A program made the position numbers and the translations under genes. 64,000 bases of DNA. Source: an uncultured Methanomassiliicoccales archaeon. Lineage in GTDB: Archaea > Thermoplasmatota > Thermoplasmata > Methanomassiliicoccales > UBA472. Below are positions 63,299 through 64,000 of this stretch, in pieces. Below the pieces are notes generated by a model. The model was not told the DNA's origin, did no database searches, and was given only the letters and a program-made list of their open reading frames with translations. Location of the stretch: assembly GCA_963695345.1 (NCBI GenBank), contig OY968769.1, positions 160,001 through 224,000 on the forward strand, given 5' to 3'. The stretch's first letter is position 1. Each line of letters starts with the position of its first letter.

Positions 63299-64000
63299 AT
63301 GACCGGAAAAGTGAACCTTCAGCGGGAACCCGACCTTCGGTCGATCGAGTCCACAGCGGACATCGAGATACCGACGGACCCGCTGATGCGGGTCATCGGC
63401 CAGGAAGAGGCCGTGACCCTGGCGCGCATCGCTGCCAAGCAGCGGCGCCATCTTTTACTGGTCGGACCGCCTGGATGCGGGAAATCCATGATCGCCCAGG
63501 CCCTTTCTTTACATTTATCCGCTCCCAAAGAGGAGATCCGCATCGTGCATAACCCGGAGAACCCGGAACGGCCCACGGTCGAGGTCAAACGGGAGGACGA
63601 GGTCCGCAAGGAACTGGAGTCCCTGGGTTCGCCGAGGGCGAGCTCATCGATCCGAAGAACGCGCCGATCAACGTCTCCGAACGTCTCGGCTACCGGTGCC
63701 GGAACTGCGGCACCTATTCCTCCCCGAAGGAGACGCACCTGCCCCAAGTGCGCCAAGACCAAGGGCGGGGACCAGCCCAACCAGGCCAACCCGTTCGGCG
63801 ACCTGATGACCGGACTTTTCGAACAGATCAACGCCGCCCAGGGGCAGACACGCCCCGGCGGGCAAGGAGAGGGTCACCACCACCCGGAAACGCTTCGGCA
63901 AGGAGGAGGTGGTGGTCTTCGAGCGCTGCGGCGAGATGATCCGGGTGCTCGACCAGAGCGCGCTGGAGAAGCGCCGGGAGCTGGAGAAGGTCTCGCCCAG
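63299..64000 (+). CDS. Archaeal LonB-like AAA ATPase with zinc-ribbon insert (partial, frameshifted)
   Basis: IPTDPLMRVIGQEEAV...AAKQRRHLLLVGPPGCGKSMIAQA, then YRCRNC...CPKC. Confidence 0.85.
   Translation, partial: MTGKVNLQREPDLRSIESTADIEIPTDPLMRVIGQEEAVTLARIAAKQRRHLLLVGPPGCGKSMIAQALSLHLSAPKEEIRIVHNPENPERPTVEVKREDEVRKELESLGSPRASSSIRRTRRSTSPNVSATGAGTAAPIPPRRRRTCPKCAKTKGGDQPNQANPFGDLMTGLFEQINAAQGQTRPGGQGEGHHHPETLRQGGGGGLRALRRDDPGARPERAGEAPGAGEGLAQ

Noticed and set aside
1-64000. Many split ORFs as pseudogenes or programmed frameshifts
   Set aside because: Single-base shifts also hit conserved genes (dnaG, cobQ, pilus ATPase, Lon-like), often at short homopolymers, without accumulated stop codons. 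This is best explained by long-read indel errors.

Overview
Archaeal chromosomal segment, most likely from a Thermoplasmatota/Methanomassiliicoccales-type methanogen. This is an inference from gene content: psmB-aCPSF1, Taw1, RFC-L, thermosome, Nre, dnaG-Lon-like, a BHB-intron tRNA-Ser, and FmdE-like and CobQ genes. Single-base frameshifts occur throughout, including in core genes (dnaG, cobQ, pilus ATPase), so most are probably uncorrected long-read errors, and split ORFs are merged below. GC-rich housekeeping blocks alternate with lower-GC accessory blocks. The strongest candidate for an undescribed system is the ~38-48 kb island. It carries a PfkB-like/AAA-ATPase/RyR protein, a HEAT-DUF4062(TIR-like) plus 11x40-aa hypervariable TPR locus, and a convergent 2TM-channel/TrkA_N/RyR/SLOG fusion. 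These are followed by twin small membrane peptides and a tyrosine-integrase remnant, and the set resembles a nucleotide-signalling immune system with an ion-channel effector. Other notable items: a tandem pair of short serine recombinases with a palindromic upstream site and a divergent SSB; an orphan contractile tail-sheath gene; a Cys-enriched surface-protein paralog; a 16-Cys mini-protein; a CobQ pair in which one copy lacks the glutaminase domain; and a ~165-nt folded leader RNA upstream of dnaG. No CRISPR array or rRNA was seen. All domain calls are from motif recognition by eye, not database searches.
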